From positions 184,589 to 248,588 of the forward strand of contig PLCF01000085.1 of assembly GCA_003135555.1 (NCBI GenBank): a stretch of 64,000 bases of DNA, in the 5' to 3' direction. Positions within the stretch are counted from its first letter, which is position 1, and each line of letters opens with the position of its first letter. Shown one piece after another: positions 38,668 through 47,463 of the stretch. Below the pieces are notes generated by a model, which saw only the letters and a list, made by a program, of their open reading frames with translations, ran no database searches and was not told the origin of the DNA. Position numbers and translations under genes: made by a program. The DNA comes from Vulcanimicrobiota bacterium (GTDB lineage Bacteria; Vulcanimicrobiota; Vulcanimicrobiia; Vulcanimicrobiales; Vulcanimicrobiaceae).

Positions 38668-39795
38668 TTACCCGCAGGCCGTGCGGCACAGCTCCGCGAC
38701 CCGCTCGATGGCCGCTAAGGAAAGGTCGGGCGAGCACGGCAGGCCCAGCGTCACCGCGGCGAGCGCGTCGGTCACGGGGAGCGGCAAGGACGGATATCCC
38801 GCGAAGGCGCGTTGCCGGGCGAGCCCATCGCCCCACCATCGGCGAGTCGCGATACCGTGTGACGCGAGGGCGTCTTCGACGGTCTCGAGGCGGGCGGTAG
38901 GCACTTCCACGATCGCCGTCGCGGACACCCACTCGGTGCCGTAGCCGGCCGCGAACCGGACCGCAGGAACGCTCTCGAACGCTGCCAGATAGGCGCGCGC
39001 AACGCGCTCGAACGCGGCCCGCGTCGCGGGCCACTCGTCCAGTGCCGCAAGACCGACCGCGGCCGAGTACTCCGGCAGCTTCGCGTTGATCGCCGCGCTG
39101 CGGGCTTCACGAGAGTCGACAAAGCCGAAGTTGAATCGCGCCCGAATGCGGTGGACGAGCGCCGCATCGGTACACGCGACGAAGGCTCCTTCGCCGATGC
39201 CGAGCACCTTGGTCGCGTGCAGGCTCACCACCGTGGGAACCGGCGAGGCGCGCACGACGTCGAAGGCGGCCGCGGCGTCGAGCACCACCGGCAAGCCGGT
39301 GACCCGCGTGAACGCATCCCACTCCGCGGTAGCGACCGGGCTCCCGAACGGGGAGACAGCGACAATCGCACCCAACGGTCGTGGTGCTGCAGCTGCGAAT
39401 CGCGAGGCCGCCGCGGCGCGCAGCATCCCGTCTGCATCGACGTCAACGAGCCACGGCACGAGCCCTGCGCCGACAATGGCGTGGCCCGAAGCGGCAAACG
39501 TCCAGGCCGGAACCATGCAGAGACTCCCGGCCGGGATCCCCAGCGCCATCAGCGTTGCGGTGAGCGCCGCGGTTGCGTTGGAGGCGACTGCGACCTGCTC
39601 GTCATCGTGCGCCTGAACGTGCGCAGCGAGGCGCGCCTCGAAACGGCGTGCCAGCGGGCCGTGATTCGAGTACCAGCGGGATGCATCGATCTCGCGCAGG
39701 TAGGGCAGAATCTCGCCGGCCGGCGGCAGCCTCGGCTTGCACACGGGCACGCTGACTTCGCCTGCGCTTGCCGTCCAGGCGCGAGGGCGCTTCAC
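38668..39795 (-). CDS. DegT/DnrJ/EryC1/StrS PLP-dependent sugar aminotransferase
   Basis: PAWTFAAS, DAAAAF, SLHATKVLGIGEG (PLP Lys), NAKL. Confidence 0.9.
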   Translation of the reverse strand: MKRPRAWTASAGEVSVPVCKPRLPPAGEILPYLREIDASRWYSNHGPLARRFEARLAAHVQAHDDEQVAVASNATAALTATLMALGIPAGSLCMVPAWTFAASGHAIVGAGLVPWLVDVDADGMLRAAAASRFAAAAPRPLGAIVAVSPFGSPVATAEWDAFTRVTGLPVVLDAAAAFDVVRASPVPTVVSLHATKVLGIGEGAFVACTDAALVHRIRARFNFGFVDSREARSAAINAKLPEYSAAVGLAALDEWPATRAAFERVARAYLAAFESVPAVRFAAGYGTEWVSATAIVEVPTARLETVEDALASHGIATRRWWGDGLARQRAFAGYPSLPLPVTDALAAVTLGLPCSPDLSLAAIERVAELCRTACG

Positions 39796-39808
39796 GTAAC
39801 GTTACCGT

Positions 39809-40714
39809 CTAGTCGAAGAAGCATCGTTTGATGACGTCGCTTTCGCATCGACCGAATAGGAGCGGCCGCTGCAACTGCACGGTCAGCGGCGCGTGCCCGA
39901 CCAACTCGTGAAACTCGAGCGCCATCGCGTCCCAGATCGTCGGGCCCTCCGGCGACTCGCGTTGGCGCACGCCGCCGGCCCGTGTCGAGTTGCCATAGTG
40001 TACTTGGTGAAACGTCCCTTCGCCGATGAGCACCACGGGCGTGATCGCATCGTCTTTGACGACGCGCTCGAAGAACTCGAACGCCGCCAGCCCGCCGCCG
40101 CGGTAGCGAAATCCCTCGTGAAAGCCCCCCAGACGTTCGAAGCTCGAGCGCTGCATCACGAACGCCGTGGCCTCGGGAAACGGGGAGAAGACGCCTTCGC
40201 GATGTGATTCGCCGCGCGCGCAGATCTCGAAGAGCCGGTAGCCGTCGGCGGGCCAGCCGATTGCGCCCAGCAGCCGATCCTCGACCTCCGGCCCATAGCC
40301 CTTCGTCAGCGAGACTTGCTGGGGCTCGTGGCCCAAATGAAAGCCCATTGCGGCGACGAACACGTCGTCGGCCAGTCGCATCGCCGTGCGGGCGCGCGCG
40401 AGCAACCCCGGGCTGCCGAGTCGCGCACCGTCGATCAGAACGGCGAGTTGTGCGCCGCGCGCAGCGGCGACGCCGGCATTGACCGCCGCGCACGGCGACG
40501 GGTTCCCGGGCGGAAACCGAATGATTCGCACGTCTGCGGCGACGCCTTCGAACCACGCCGCATCGACCGGTTCGCTCGATCCGTTGTCGACTACGATGAT
40601 CTCGAGGCGCGCCGGATCGATCCCGTCTTGATACGGCGGCGAGAGCGACTGCACCGTCCGCGGAATCTCTCGGCGCAGATCGTGAGCCGACACGACGACG
40701 GACAGGTCGATCAC
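39809..40714 (-). CDS. Glycosyltransferase family 2-like
   Basis: IIVVDNGS, LIDGAR, LGGFHEGF, HQVH. Confidence 0.8.
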   Translation of the reverse strand: MIDLSVVVSAHDLRREIPRTVQSLSPPYQDGIDPARLEIIVVDNGSSEPVDAAWFEGVAADVRIIRFPPGNPSPCAAVNAGVAAARGAQLAVLIDGARLGSPGLLARARTAMRLADDVFVAAMGFHLGHEPQQVSLTKGYGPEVEDRLLGAIGWPADGYRLFEICARGESHREGVFSPFPEATAFVMQRSSFERLGGFHEGFRYRGGGLAAFEFFERVVKDDAITPVVLIGEGTFHQVHYGNSTRAGGVRQRESPEGPTIWDAMALEFHELVGHAPLTVQLQRPLLFGRCESDVIKRCFFD

Positions 40715-40766
40715 GCCTGCTTGCTTGCACCGGCCCGCGCCGAAAGACCTTCGGTGGCGGCCGCCG

Positions 40767-41696
40767 CTACTCGAGGCGCGCCTCGATTTCGCTCCAGCTG
40801 CGCTGCGTCATCCGCCGGATGCGCTCGGCGCACGCCGGCGAGGCTCGAAGCGGTTCGGCGCGCTCGCCCATGAGACGGTCGAGCTCGAGCACGAGCCCGG
40901 CCGCGACGGCCTTGGGCTGAGGCGGCAAGTCATACCGGTTCACGACGCGCATCAGGTCGACGCCGGCCGTGCGCAGCGAGGCGTGCACGTCGGGCGGGTT
41001 CTGCGCGGGCGGCTCGGCGCCGAGCGCGCGGAAGATGCGCTCCACGATGTCCGGGCCGTACCGGAAGAGCCGCTGGCGGCCGGTGCCGATGACGGCTTCG
41101 GCTTCGTGGACGAAGCCGAGATAGTCGAGGCGTTGGGCGAACCACGCGTTGTCGAGGATCTCGTCGAGCCCGACGTCGAGGCCGTACGCCGGCGAGTACA
41201 GCCGCGGGTTACGCAGCAGCTGCGCGTACTGGCTGAGCGCAAAGGCGAGCGGCTCCCGAAAACACGTCCACATCTCGAGCTCGAAGAGCGTGCTGAGGTG
41301 ACGCAGTAACGCTTTTCCCTCCGGCGGATAGTCCCACCAGCCGTTGAACAAGCCTTCGGCCGACAAGACGATCGTGCGCGTCCGGGGCGGCGCGCCGGCG
41401 ACAATCTCGTCGAACGCTTCCGCGAGTGCGCCCGCATCCGCGCTGGTAAAGGCTTGCACGAGGTAGTGATGCTTCTTCTCGACCGGGTCGACGCGCATCG
41501 GCGGATACCAGACGCCGTGCTCGAGCAACGCGTCGCCGTGGCGGAACAGCGCCTGCTGGAGGGCCGTGGTCCCGGTCTTGGGCGTACCGGTGTGAAGTAT
41601 CAGGTGCGGGAGCTTCGCGCACGCTCGCGCCCAACGGTTGCCGGCGACCGCCAATGCATTCTCGGCTCCCAGCGTAGGCAAGCGTCCAGACGTCAT
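40767..41696 (-). CDS. P-loop sulfotransferase-like protein
   Basis: LILHTGTPKTGTTALQ (PAPS-binding-like), LSAEG, FREP. Confidence 0.6.
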   Translation of the reverse strand: MTSGRLPTLGAENALAVAGNRWARACAKLPHLILHTGTPKTGTTALQQALFRHGDALLEHGVWYPPMRVDPVEKKHHYLVQAFTSADAGALAEAFDEIVAGAPPRTRTIVLSAEGLFNGWWDYPPEGKALLRHLSTLFELEMWTCFREPLAFALSQYAQLLRNPRLYSPAYGLDVGLDEILDNAWFAQRLDYLGFVHEAEAVIGTGRQRLFRYGPDIVERIFRALGAEPPAQNPPDVHASLRTAGVDLMRVVNRYDLPPQPKAVAAGLVLELDRLMGERAEPLRASPACAERIRRMTQRSWSEIEARLE

Positions 41697-41697
41697 A

Positions 41698-42588
41698 CTA
41701 TTCGAACTGACCCGCGGGCGCCCCGAGTCTCCCGGGGACGCGGTCCAGGATCCAGCATCCGGCCGCCCGCAGCGCGGCGATCCTCTGCGCTGGATCCTTG
41801 GTGCGCCGCACGTGCTTCACGAACGAACGAGCGTCGCGGTCTGTGTCGCGCTGAAACAGGTGATGCGGCAACAGCCCGATCGAGAGGTCCAGCGCCGCGC
41901 ACCGTCCCGGTAGGATAGTCTCGAAGCACGTGAAGTCGTACCCGGAAACGGATCGGCGATAGCTTATCAGATTCGTGTCGTTCCACACGGTTCCTAACTC
42001 GTCGAGCATCACGTTGAGCACCCATTGGCAATCCGTTGCCGCGATGCGGTCACTTTGACGGCGCATCTCGGAAAGGAGGCGCTTTGTTGCCGTGGTTGAC
42101 CGGGCGTGGAAAAAGCCCGTACACAACACGAAGCCCCACCGGTCGAGCATCTCGACCGGGTGAAATGTACCTTCCGAACCGAGAACGTCGTATGGGGAGT
42201 TCGCGAAGAAGCCCGGTATCGGATCTCTGAGCCAGACGGCGTCCATGTCACTTTGAATGAAATCGATGTCGTGCCGGGCGAGGAAATCCCACACCAGCAT
42301 CCGCTGCCGAACGAAGTCGGGGTAGGTCCCGTCCCAATCGCAGCGCGCAGAGCCGATACCGGCATCAACGAGCCGGCCCATCAGCGGCTGGTCCAATGCG
42401 ACGACGAGATACCGTTCGATCCCCAGCGCCTCGAGGTGGCAAATCCAGTTGTCGAGGAGGCGCGCGTAGGGGTCCGTCGCGACCACGACCGGCAGCGGTC
42501 CCGAGCCCCCAACCCCCGACAACGCGCGCTCGAGATCGGCCTCGGCAGCGCTCGACAAGGATGCAGTGGCGCTCCCCACGACGTGCAT
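41698..42588 (-). CDS. Nucleotide-diphospho-sugar transferase (GT77/Nucleotid_trans-like)
   Basis: NW...YLVVALD, SDMDAVWLRDP, CTGFF, DCQWVLN. Confidence 0.75.
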   Translation of the reverse strand: MHVVGSATASLSSAAEADLERALSGVGGSGPLPVVVATDPYARLLDNWICHLEALGIERYLVVALDQPLMGRLVDAGIGSARCDWDGTYPDFVRQRMLVWDFLARHDIDFIQSDMDAVWLRDPIPGFFANSPYDVLGSEGTFHPVEMLDRWGFVLCTGFFHARSTTATKRLLSEMRRQSDRIAATDCQWVLNVMLDELGTVWNDTNLISYRRSVSGYDFTCFETILPGRCAALDLSIGLLPHHLFQRDTDRDARSFVKHVRRTKDPAQRIAALRAAGCWILDRVPGRLGAPAGQFE

Positions 42589-42599
42589 GCCGGCCGCCC

Positions 42600-43862
42600 C
42601 TACGCCGGACGACCGCCGTCGCTCACGTGGCCATCACGCGTCCACGCGATCAACCGATCGGCCGCCGTGAATATCTCCGCAGCGAAGTCCATTTCGCGCG
42701 CGAAGCGGCAGCCCGCTTCTGCAATCGCGTGAGCTGCATCGTCGTTCGAAAGCACGAAGCGCACTTTTTCGTCGAAATCGGAAAGGTCCGCTTTCACGGG
42801 GACGTAGTGTACCCAGGGCTCGAGCCGGTCATAGTACCACTGGCGGAAACCGAGTTCGGATTCGATTTTGATCACACATGCGCCGGAGAGCAGGCTCGTG
42901 AAGAGCCCGCTCCACGCGTTGCTGTTGCCGTCGATATCAATCACCGCCTTGAACTGCGCAAATGACGCCTTTTCTACGGGTGGGCGCATTAGCGTGGCAA
43001 TGCGGCTCGCGGCCGATGCGATATGGTCCGGCGGTACCTGAACCAATGTCGTGATTCCGACGTCGCAGATGTTGGCCAGGTCCGGAGCTTGCGCTCGCGT
43101 ACACAGGTCAAGTCGCGGCAACCAATGCAGATCGCCCGGACCGGTCGGAGGCCAGTAGCGTTTGATCCCACTGGTCGAACCTCTCCAAAACACCTGACGT
43201 ATCCGCGACTTCCACGGCGTCGTCTCCGTCGTTTGGTCGCGAAAGTGGCTGTAGCCGCCGCTAGCAAAAAACTCCGAGTCCGGAATGAGGCACGCCGCTT
43301 CATGACACGCTGAGAACGACACGACCGGCCAAAAGCCCGGATCGCCGAGCAAACACGTGAAATCGGCGACGAGCCGCGGCTCCCTCTCGAGGGCTCTCCC
43401 GAACAGCCACACGAGCACAGGGATTCGGGTGAGAAGACGGAGGTTCCCGACGCGGAAGAAGCTGGAGTTCACGACGATGTCGAATCCGATTTCGCCGGCG
43501 ACTCGAACGACGCAGGTGAAGTGCTGCGTGGTAGCGGGTAAGTCCCGTACTCGTGGCAGGTCGGCCGGCGCGAAGCGCACCGCAATGCTTCTCGACCACC
43601 CGAAGCGGCGTGCGAGGATTGCGACGGAGCGGGTCAGATTCTCGGCTACGACGTCCGGATTCAGCGTTGTCAGCGATTCATCGAGGTCGTGAAGCTCTGA
43701 GGCGAACGAACTCGCGGCAGCGCTGAGAACGGCCGGGTCGCTGGTGAGTGCGGTCGTGCCGGGGTACGTCTGGAAATACTGCGCCAAGCGATCGTAGTCG
43801 TTCCCCACGCCGAGTACGCGGTTCGCGATCCCTGCAGTGTTATCCCGGCCCGGAGAAAACAA
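42600..43862 (-). CDS. GT90/CAP10-domain glycosyltransferase; start uncertain
   Basis: PW..R...FWRGSTSG, IDIDGNSNAWS, WYYDRLEPWVHYVPV..DLSD. Confidence 0.82.
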   Translation of the reverse strand: MFSPGRDNTAGIANRVLGVGNDYDRLAQYFQTYPGTTALTSDPAVLSAAASSFASELHDLDESLTTLNPDVVAENLTRSVAILARRFGWSRSIAVRFAPADLPRVRDLPATTQHFTCVVRVAGEIGFDIVVNSSFFRVGNLRLLTRIPVLVWLFGRALEREPRLVADFTCLLGDPGFWPVVSFSACHEAACLIPDSEFFASGGYSHFRDQTTETTPWKSRIRQVFWRGSTSGIKRYWPPTGPGDLHWLPRLDLCTRAQAPDLANICDVGITTLVQVPPDHIASAASRIATLMRPPVEKASFAQFKAVIDIDGNSNAWSGLFTSLLSGACVIKIESELGFRQWYYDRLEPWVHYVPVKADLSDFDEKVRFVLSNDDAAHAIAEAGCRFAREMDFAAEIFTAADRLIAWTRDGHVSDGGRPA

Positions 43863-43896
43863 TCGCGACGAGCTCGTTTCTGAGCCCGTCGCGATT
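43854..43896 (-). terminator. Intrinsic terminator after beta-helix copy 1
   Basis: AATCGCGACGGGCTC-loop-GAGCTCGTCGCGATT followed by GTTTTCT. Confidence 0.75.
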
Positions 43897-43917
43897 TTGG
43901 AGGTTGCCGGAAGAAAG

Positions 43918-44862
43918 TTAGAGGATCGTGACCGACCCGGTCTTGGTCCCGTCGCCGCCCGCGTTTGCGCCGAGCCAGTTGTTGTTCCCGGTCAGCATCG
44001 TGCTGCCGGCGTCGGTCGACATGCCGATGCCGTTGTTGAAGTAGATGCTCGTGTTGGTCACGCGCATCGTCCCGCTGGCGGTCGCGTGCACGCCGAAGAC
44101 TTGATTGTTCGACACCGTCGACAAATCGATGCTGATCAAGCTGGTTGCGCCGTTGGCTTCGACGCCGCCGCCCGCATTGTTCGAGACCATCGAATTGTGG
44201 ATGTTGACGTCGCTGTTCGACGTTGCCTGAACCCCAAGGCCCGAGCGCTGGATCGTCGACTTCTCGACGTTAATACGATTCGTACCGCTGGTCGTGGACG
44301 ACTTGATGCCGCCGCCCGCGCAATTTTCGAGATTCGTACTGTACATGATGAGGTTCATGGAGTTCGCCGGCTGGAAGTTGACGCATTGCTGCGTGAAGTT
44401 CTCGATGTCGACGTGCTCGAGGGCGACGTTCTTGCCTTGCAGCACGTTGATCCCAACCAATCCGGTAACGCTGCCGTTGCCGGCGCCGTTGATGTCGAGG
44501 TTGCGGATGACGTCGTAATTGCAGTTCACGCTCGAGTTGTTGATGATGATCCCGTTCGTGCCGCTGGCCAGAATCGACGCGACCATACCGGCTTCGCCGC
44601 CGCCGCCGTCGATCTTGATGCCCTTGGTGATGGTGACCGCGCCGAACCCGCCCGGATCGAGCGCGTCGATCTCACCGCAGTCGGCGGTCTTGGAGATGGC
44701 GCCGGCAAAGGTCTTGCACGGTGCGGTGCGGCTGCACGGGTTGACGTCGTCGCCGACGCCCGAAACCCACGTGCGGGTGGCCTGCGCCGACGCGTGCGAC
44801 GTCATGGCTAAGAAGCACAGGGCAAACGCCGCAAAGACAAAGGAGAAAATGCTACGCTTCAT
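43918..44862 (-). CDS. Secreted right-handed parallel beta-helix (pectin-lyase-fold) protein, copy 1
   Basis: Sec signal ending ASA; QATRTWVSGVGDDVNPCSRTAPCKT; Asn/Ser/Gly-rich stacking repeats. Confidence 0.85.
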   Translation of the reverse strand: MKRSIFSFVFAAFALCFLAMTSHASAQATRTWVSGVGDDVNPCSRTAPCKTFAGAISKTADCGEIDALDPGGFGAVTITKGIKIDGGGGEAGMVASILASGTNGIIINNSSVNCNYDVIRNLDINGAGNGSVTGLVGINVLQGKNVALEHVDIENFTQQCVNFQPANSMNLIMYSTNLENCAGGGIKSSTTSGTNRINVEKSTIQRSGLGVQATSNSDVNIHNSMVSNNAGGGVEANGATSLISIDLSTVSNNQVFGVHATASGTMRVTNTSIYFNNGIGMSTDAGSTMLTGNNNWLGANAGGDGTKTGSVTIL

Positions 44863-44888
44863 GGTCATCCTCTTTGAAAACATTGGCT

Positions 44889-44952
44889 TTGGGAAAGTGG
44901 GCAACCTAAGGGGGGCCTGACTTCGTTTGCCGAGCCCTGACGCCTTCCGCTC
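44889..44952 (-). promoter_or_regulatory. Conserved 64-bp upstream element, copy 1
   Basis: Ungapped match to 46030-46093 and 47174-47237. Confidence 0.7.
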
Positions 44953-45001
44953 CCGCTGACACCCTGGGCTGGGGTAGCGCACGACCGCTCGGTGGGTGGG
45001 C

Positions 45002-45041
45002 AAAAAAAACCGCGACGAGCTCGGCCGAGCCCGCCGCGATT
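45002..45041 (-). terminator. Intrinsic terminator after beta-helix copy 2
   Basis: ATCGCGGCGGGCTC-GGCC-GAGCTCGTCGCGG followed by T8. Confidence 0.85.
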
Positions 45042-45060
45042 CGGGTCGTACGCGAAGACG

Positions 45061-45993
45061 TTAGAGAATCGTGACCGACCCGGTCTTGGTCCCGTCGCCG
45101 CCCGCGTTTGCGCCGAGCCAGTTGTTGTTCCCGGTCAGCATCGTGCTGCCGGCGTCGGTCGACATGCCGATGCCGTTGTTGAAGTAGATGCTCGTGTTGG
45201 TCACGCGCATCGTCCCGCTGGCGGTCGCGTGCACGCCGAAGACTTGATTGTTCGACACCGTCGACAAATCGATGCTGATCAAGCTGGTTGCGCCGTTGGC
45301 TTCGACGCCGCCGCCGGCATTGTTCGAGACCATCGAGTTGTGGATGTTGACGTCGCTGTTCGAGGTCGCCTGAACCCCGAGGCCCGAGCGCTGGATCGTC
45401 GACTTCTCGATGTTGAGGCGGTTCGTGCCGCTGGTGGTGGACGACTTGATGCCGCCGCCCGCGCAGTTTTCGAGATTCGTGCTGTACATGATGAGGTTCA
45501 TCGAGTTCGCCGGCTGGAAGTTGATGCATTGCTGCGTGAAGTTCTCGATGTCGACGTGCTCGAGGGAGACGTTCTTGCCCGCGACCACGTTGATGCCGAC
45601 CGTCCCCGACTGGACGCCGTTGATGTCCAGGTTCCGGATAACGTCGAATTGGCAATTCGGGCTACTGTTGTTGATGGTGATCCCCGGGACGCCGGCGGCC
45701 AGAATCGACGCGACCTGGCCGGCTTCGCCGCCGCCGCCGTCGAGCTTGATGCCCTTGGTGATCGTGACCGTGCCGAACCCGCCCGGATCGAGCGCGTCGA
45801 TCTCGCCGCAGTCGGCGGTCTTGGAAATCGCGCCCGGCCACGTCTTGCACGGTGCCGTGCGGCTGCACGGGTTGGCGTCGTCGCCTACGCCCGAAACCCA
45901 GGTCCGGGTGGCCTGCGCCGACGCTTGCGACGTCATCGCGCAGAAGCACAGGGCAAACGCCGCAAAGACAAAGTAGAAAATGCTACGCTTCAT
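45061..45993 (-). CDS. Secreted parallel beta-helix protein, copy 2
   Basis: Paralogue of copies 1 and 3; MKRS start. Confidence 0.85.
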   Translation of the reverse strand: MKRSIFYFVFAAFALCFCAMTSQASAQATRTWVSGVGDDANPCSRTAPCKTWPGAISKTADCGEIDALDPGGFGTVTITKGIKLDGGGGEAGQVASILAAGVPGITINNSSPNCQFDVIRNLDINGVQSGTVGINVVAGKNVSLEHVDIENFTQQCINFQPANSMNLIMYSTNLENCAGGGIKSSTTSGTNRLNIEKSTIQRSGLGVQATSNSDVNIHNSMVSNNAGGGVEANGATSLISIDLSTVSNNQVFGVHATASGTMRVTNTSIYFNNGIGMSTDAGSTMLTGNNNWLGANAGGDGTKTGSVTIL

Positions 45994-46029
45994 GGACATC
46001 CCTCTTCGAAAATCGGTTTGAAAAACCGG

Positions 46030-46093
46030 TTGGGAACGTGGGCAACCTAAGGAGAGGCTGACTTCGCTTACCGAGCCCTGGCGCCTTCCGCTC
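46030..46093 (-). promoter_or_regulatory. Conserved 64-bp upstream element, copy 2
   Basis: GAGCGGAAGGCGCCAGGGCTCGGTAAGCGAAGTCAG...TAGGTTGCCC...CCAA. Confidence 0.7.
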
Positions 46094-46132
46094 GGGGTAC
46101 CTCGCGACGGACGGCGCGTAACACGCGGTAAC

Positions 46133-46176
46133 AAAAAGGAATCCGCGCCGAGCTCGCGTGAGCCCGTCGCGGATTC
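46133..46176 (-). terminator. Intrinsic terminator after beta-helix copy 3
   Basis: GAATCCGCGACGGGCTC-ACGC-GAGCTCGGCGCGGATTC followed by CTTTTT. Confidence 0.85.
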
Positions 46177-46199
46177 GGATCGAACCGAAGGTTAGCGGA

Positions 46200-47147
46200 T
46201 CAGAGGATGGTGACCGATCCCGTCTTCGTCCCGTCGCCGGAGGCGTTTCCGCCTAGCCAATTGTTGTTACCGGTCAGCATCGTGCTGCCGGCGTCGGTCG
46301 ACATGCCGATGCCGTTGTTGAAGTAGATGCTCGTATTGGTCACGCGCATCGTCCCGCTGGCCGTCGCGTGGACGCCGAAGACCTGATTGTTCGACACCGT
46401 CGACAGATCGACGCTGACCAGGCTGGTGACGCCGTTGGCCTCGACGCCGCCGCCGGCGTTGTTCGAGACCATCGTGTTGTGGATGTTGACGTCGCTGTTC
46501 CCGGTCGATTGCACGCCGAGCCCCGACCGCTGGATCGTCGACTTCTCGATGTTGATGCGGTTGGTTCCGCTGCTGGTGAACGTCTTGACGCCGCCGCCGG
46601 CGCAGTTCTCGAGGTTCGTGTTGTACATGATGAGGTTCATCGAACTCGCCGGCTGGAAGTTGATGCATTGCTGCGCGAAGTTCTCGATGTCGACGTTCTC
46701 GACGCTGACGTTCTTGCCCGCGAGCACGTTGATGCCGATCGTCCCCGATCCGCTGGCTGAACCCGCGATCCCGTTGATGTCGAGGTTGCGGATCACGTCG
46801 AATTGGCAAACAGCGCTGCTGTTATTGATGGTGATCCCCGGGACGCCGACGGCCAGAATCGATGCGACCTGGCCGGCTTCGCCGCCGCCGCCGTCGAGCT
46901 TGATGCCCTTGGTGATCGTGACCGTGCCGAACCCGCCCGGATCGAGCGCGTCGATCTCGCCGCAGTCCGCGGTCTTGGAGATCGCGCCCGGCCAGGTCTT
47001 GCACGGTGCCGTGCGGCTGCACGGATTCGCGTCGTCGCCGACGCCCGAAACCCAGGTCCGGGTGGCTTGCGCCGATGCGAGCGACGTCATGGCGAAGAAG
47101 CACATGGCAAACGCCGCAAAGACAAAGGATAAAATACTACGCTTCAT
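46200..47147 (-). CDS. Secreted parallel beta-helix protein, copy 3
   Basis: Paralogue of copies 1 and 2; start trimmed to MKRS. Confidence 0.85.
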   Translation of the reverse strand: MKRSILSFVFAAFAMCFFAMTSLASAQATRTWVSGVGDDANPCSRTAPCKTWPGAISKTADCGEIDALDPGGFGTVTITKGIKLDGGGGEAGQVASILAVGVPGITINNSSAVCQFDVIRNLDINGIAGSASGSGTIGINVLAGKNVSVENVDIENFAQQCINFQPASSMNLIMYNTNLENCAGGGVKTFTSSGTNRINIEKSTIQRSGLGVQSTGNSDVNIHNTMVSNNAGGGVEANGVTSLVSVDLSTVSNNQVFGVHATASGTMRVTNTSIYFNNGIGMSTDAGSTMLTGNNNWLGGNASGDGTKTGSVTIL

Positions 47148-47173
47148 GGACACCCCTCTTGAATCGAAAGTGG

Positions 47174-47237
47174 TTGGAAAAGCCGGCAACTTACGGGAAG
47201 CCCGACTTCGTTTGCCCACACCTGACGCCTGGCGCTC
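47174..47237 (-). promoter_or_regulatory. Conserved 64-bp upstream element, copy 3
   Basis: GAGCGCCAGGCGTCAGGTGTGGGCAAACGAAGTCGG...TAAGTTGCC...CCAA. Confidence 0.7.
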
Positions 47238-47338
47238 CTGATCACACTTTGCCGTAGTATCCTCAAGCGCGTTCACGGCCGCAGTACGTTCATCGGCACG
47301 CTCCCCGGTCGAAGTATGGACCGCGGCAATGTCGCGCA

Positions 47339-47366
47339 GCTTACGTGCGCTTACGACAGCATTACG
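47339..47366. promoter_or_regulatory. Three TTACG direct repeats at 10-11 bp spacing (candidate regulator site)
   Basis: GCTTACG-TGC-GCTTACG-ACA-GCATTACG in the divergent intergenic region. Confidence 0.4.
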
Positions 47367-47463
47367 AAGCGACAATTGTTCGCAGCGCCGAGCGGCGAGC
47401 CGGGCGCGGCCGAACGATTCGGTGGCGGAACGCGCCCGGCGGGCCCGGAACGCTCGGGTCTTC

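Noticed and set aside
44889..47237. c-di-GMP-I (GEMM) or glycine riboswitch call for the 64-bp element
   Set aside because: Only 18 nt lie between GGCAAAC and the closing GTTGCC block, with no GNRA-capped stem or receptor helix; glycine aptamer blocks are incomplete. Kept as unassigned.
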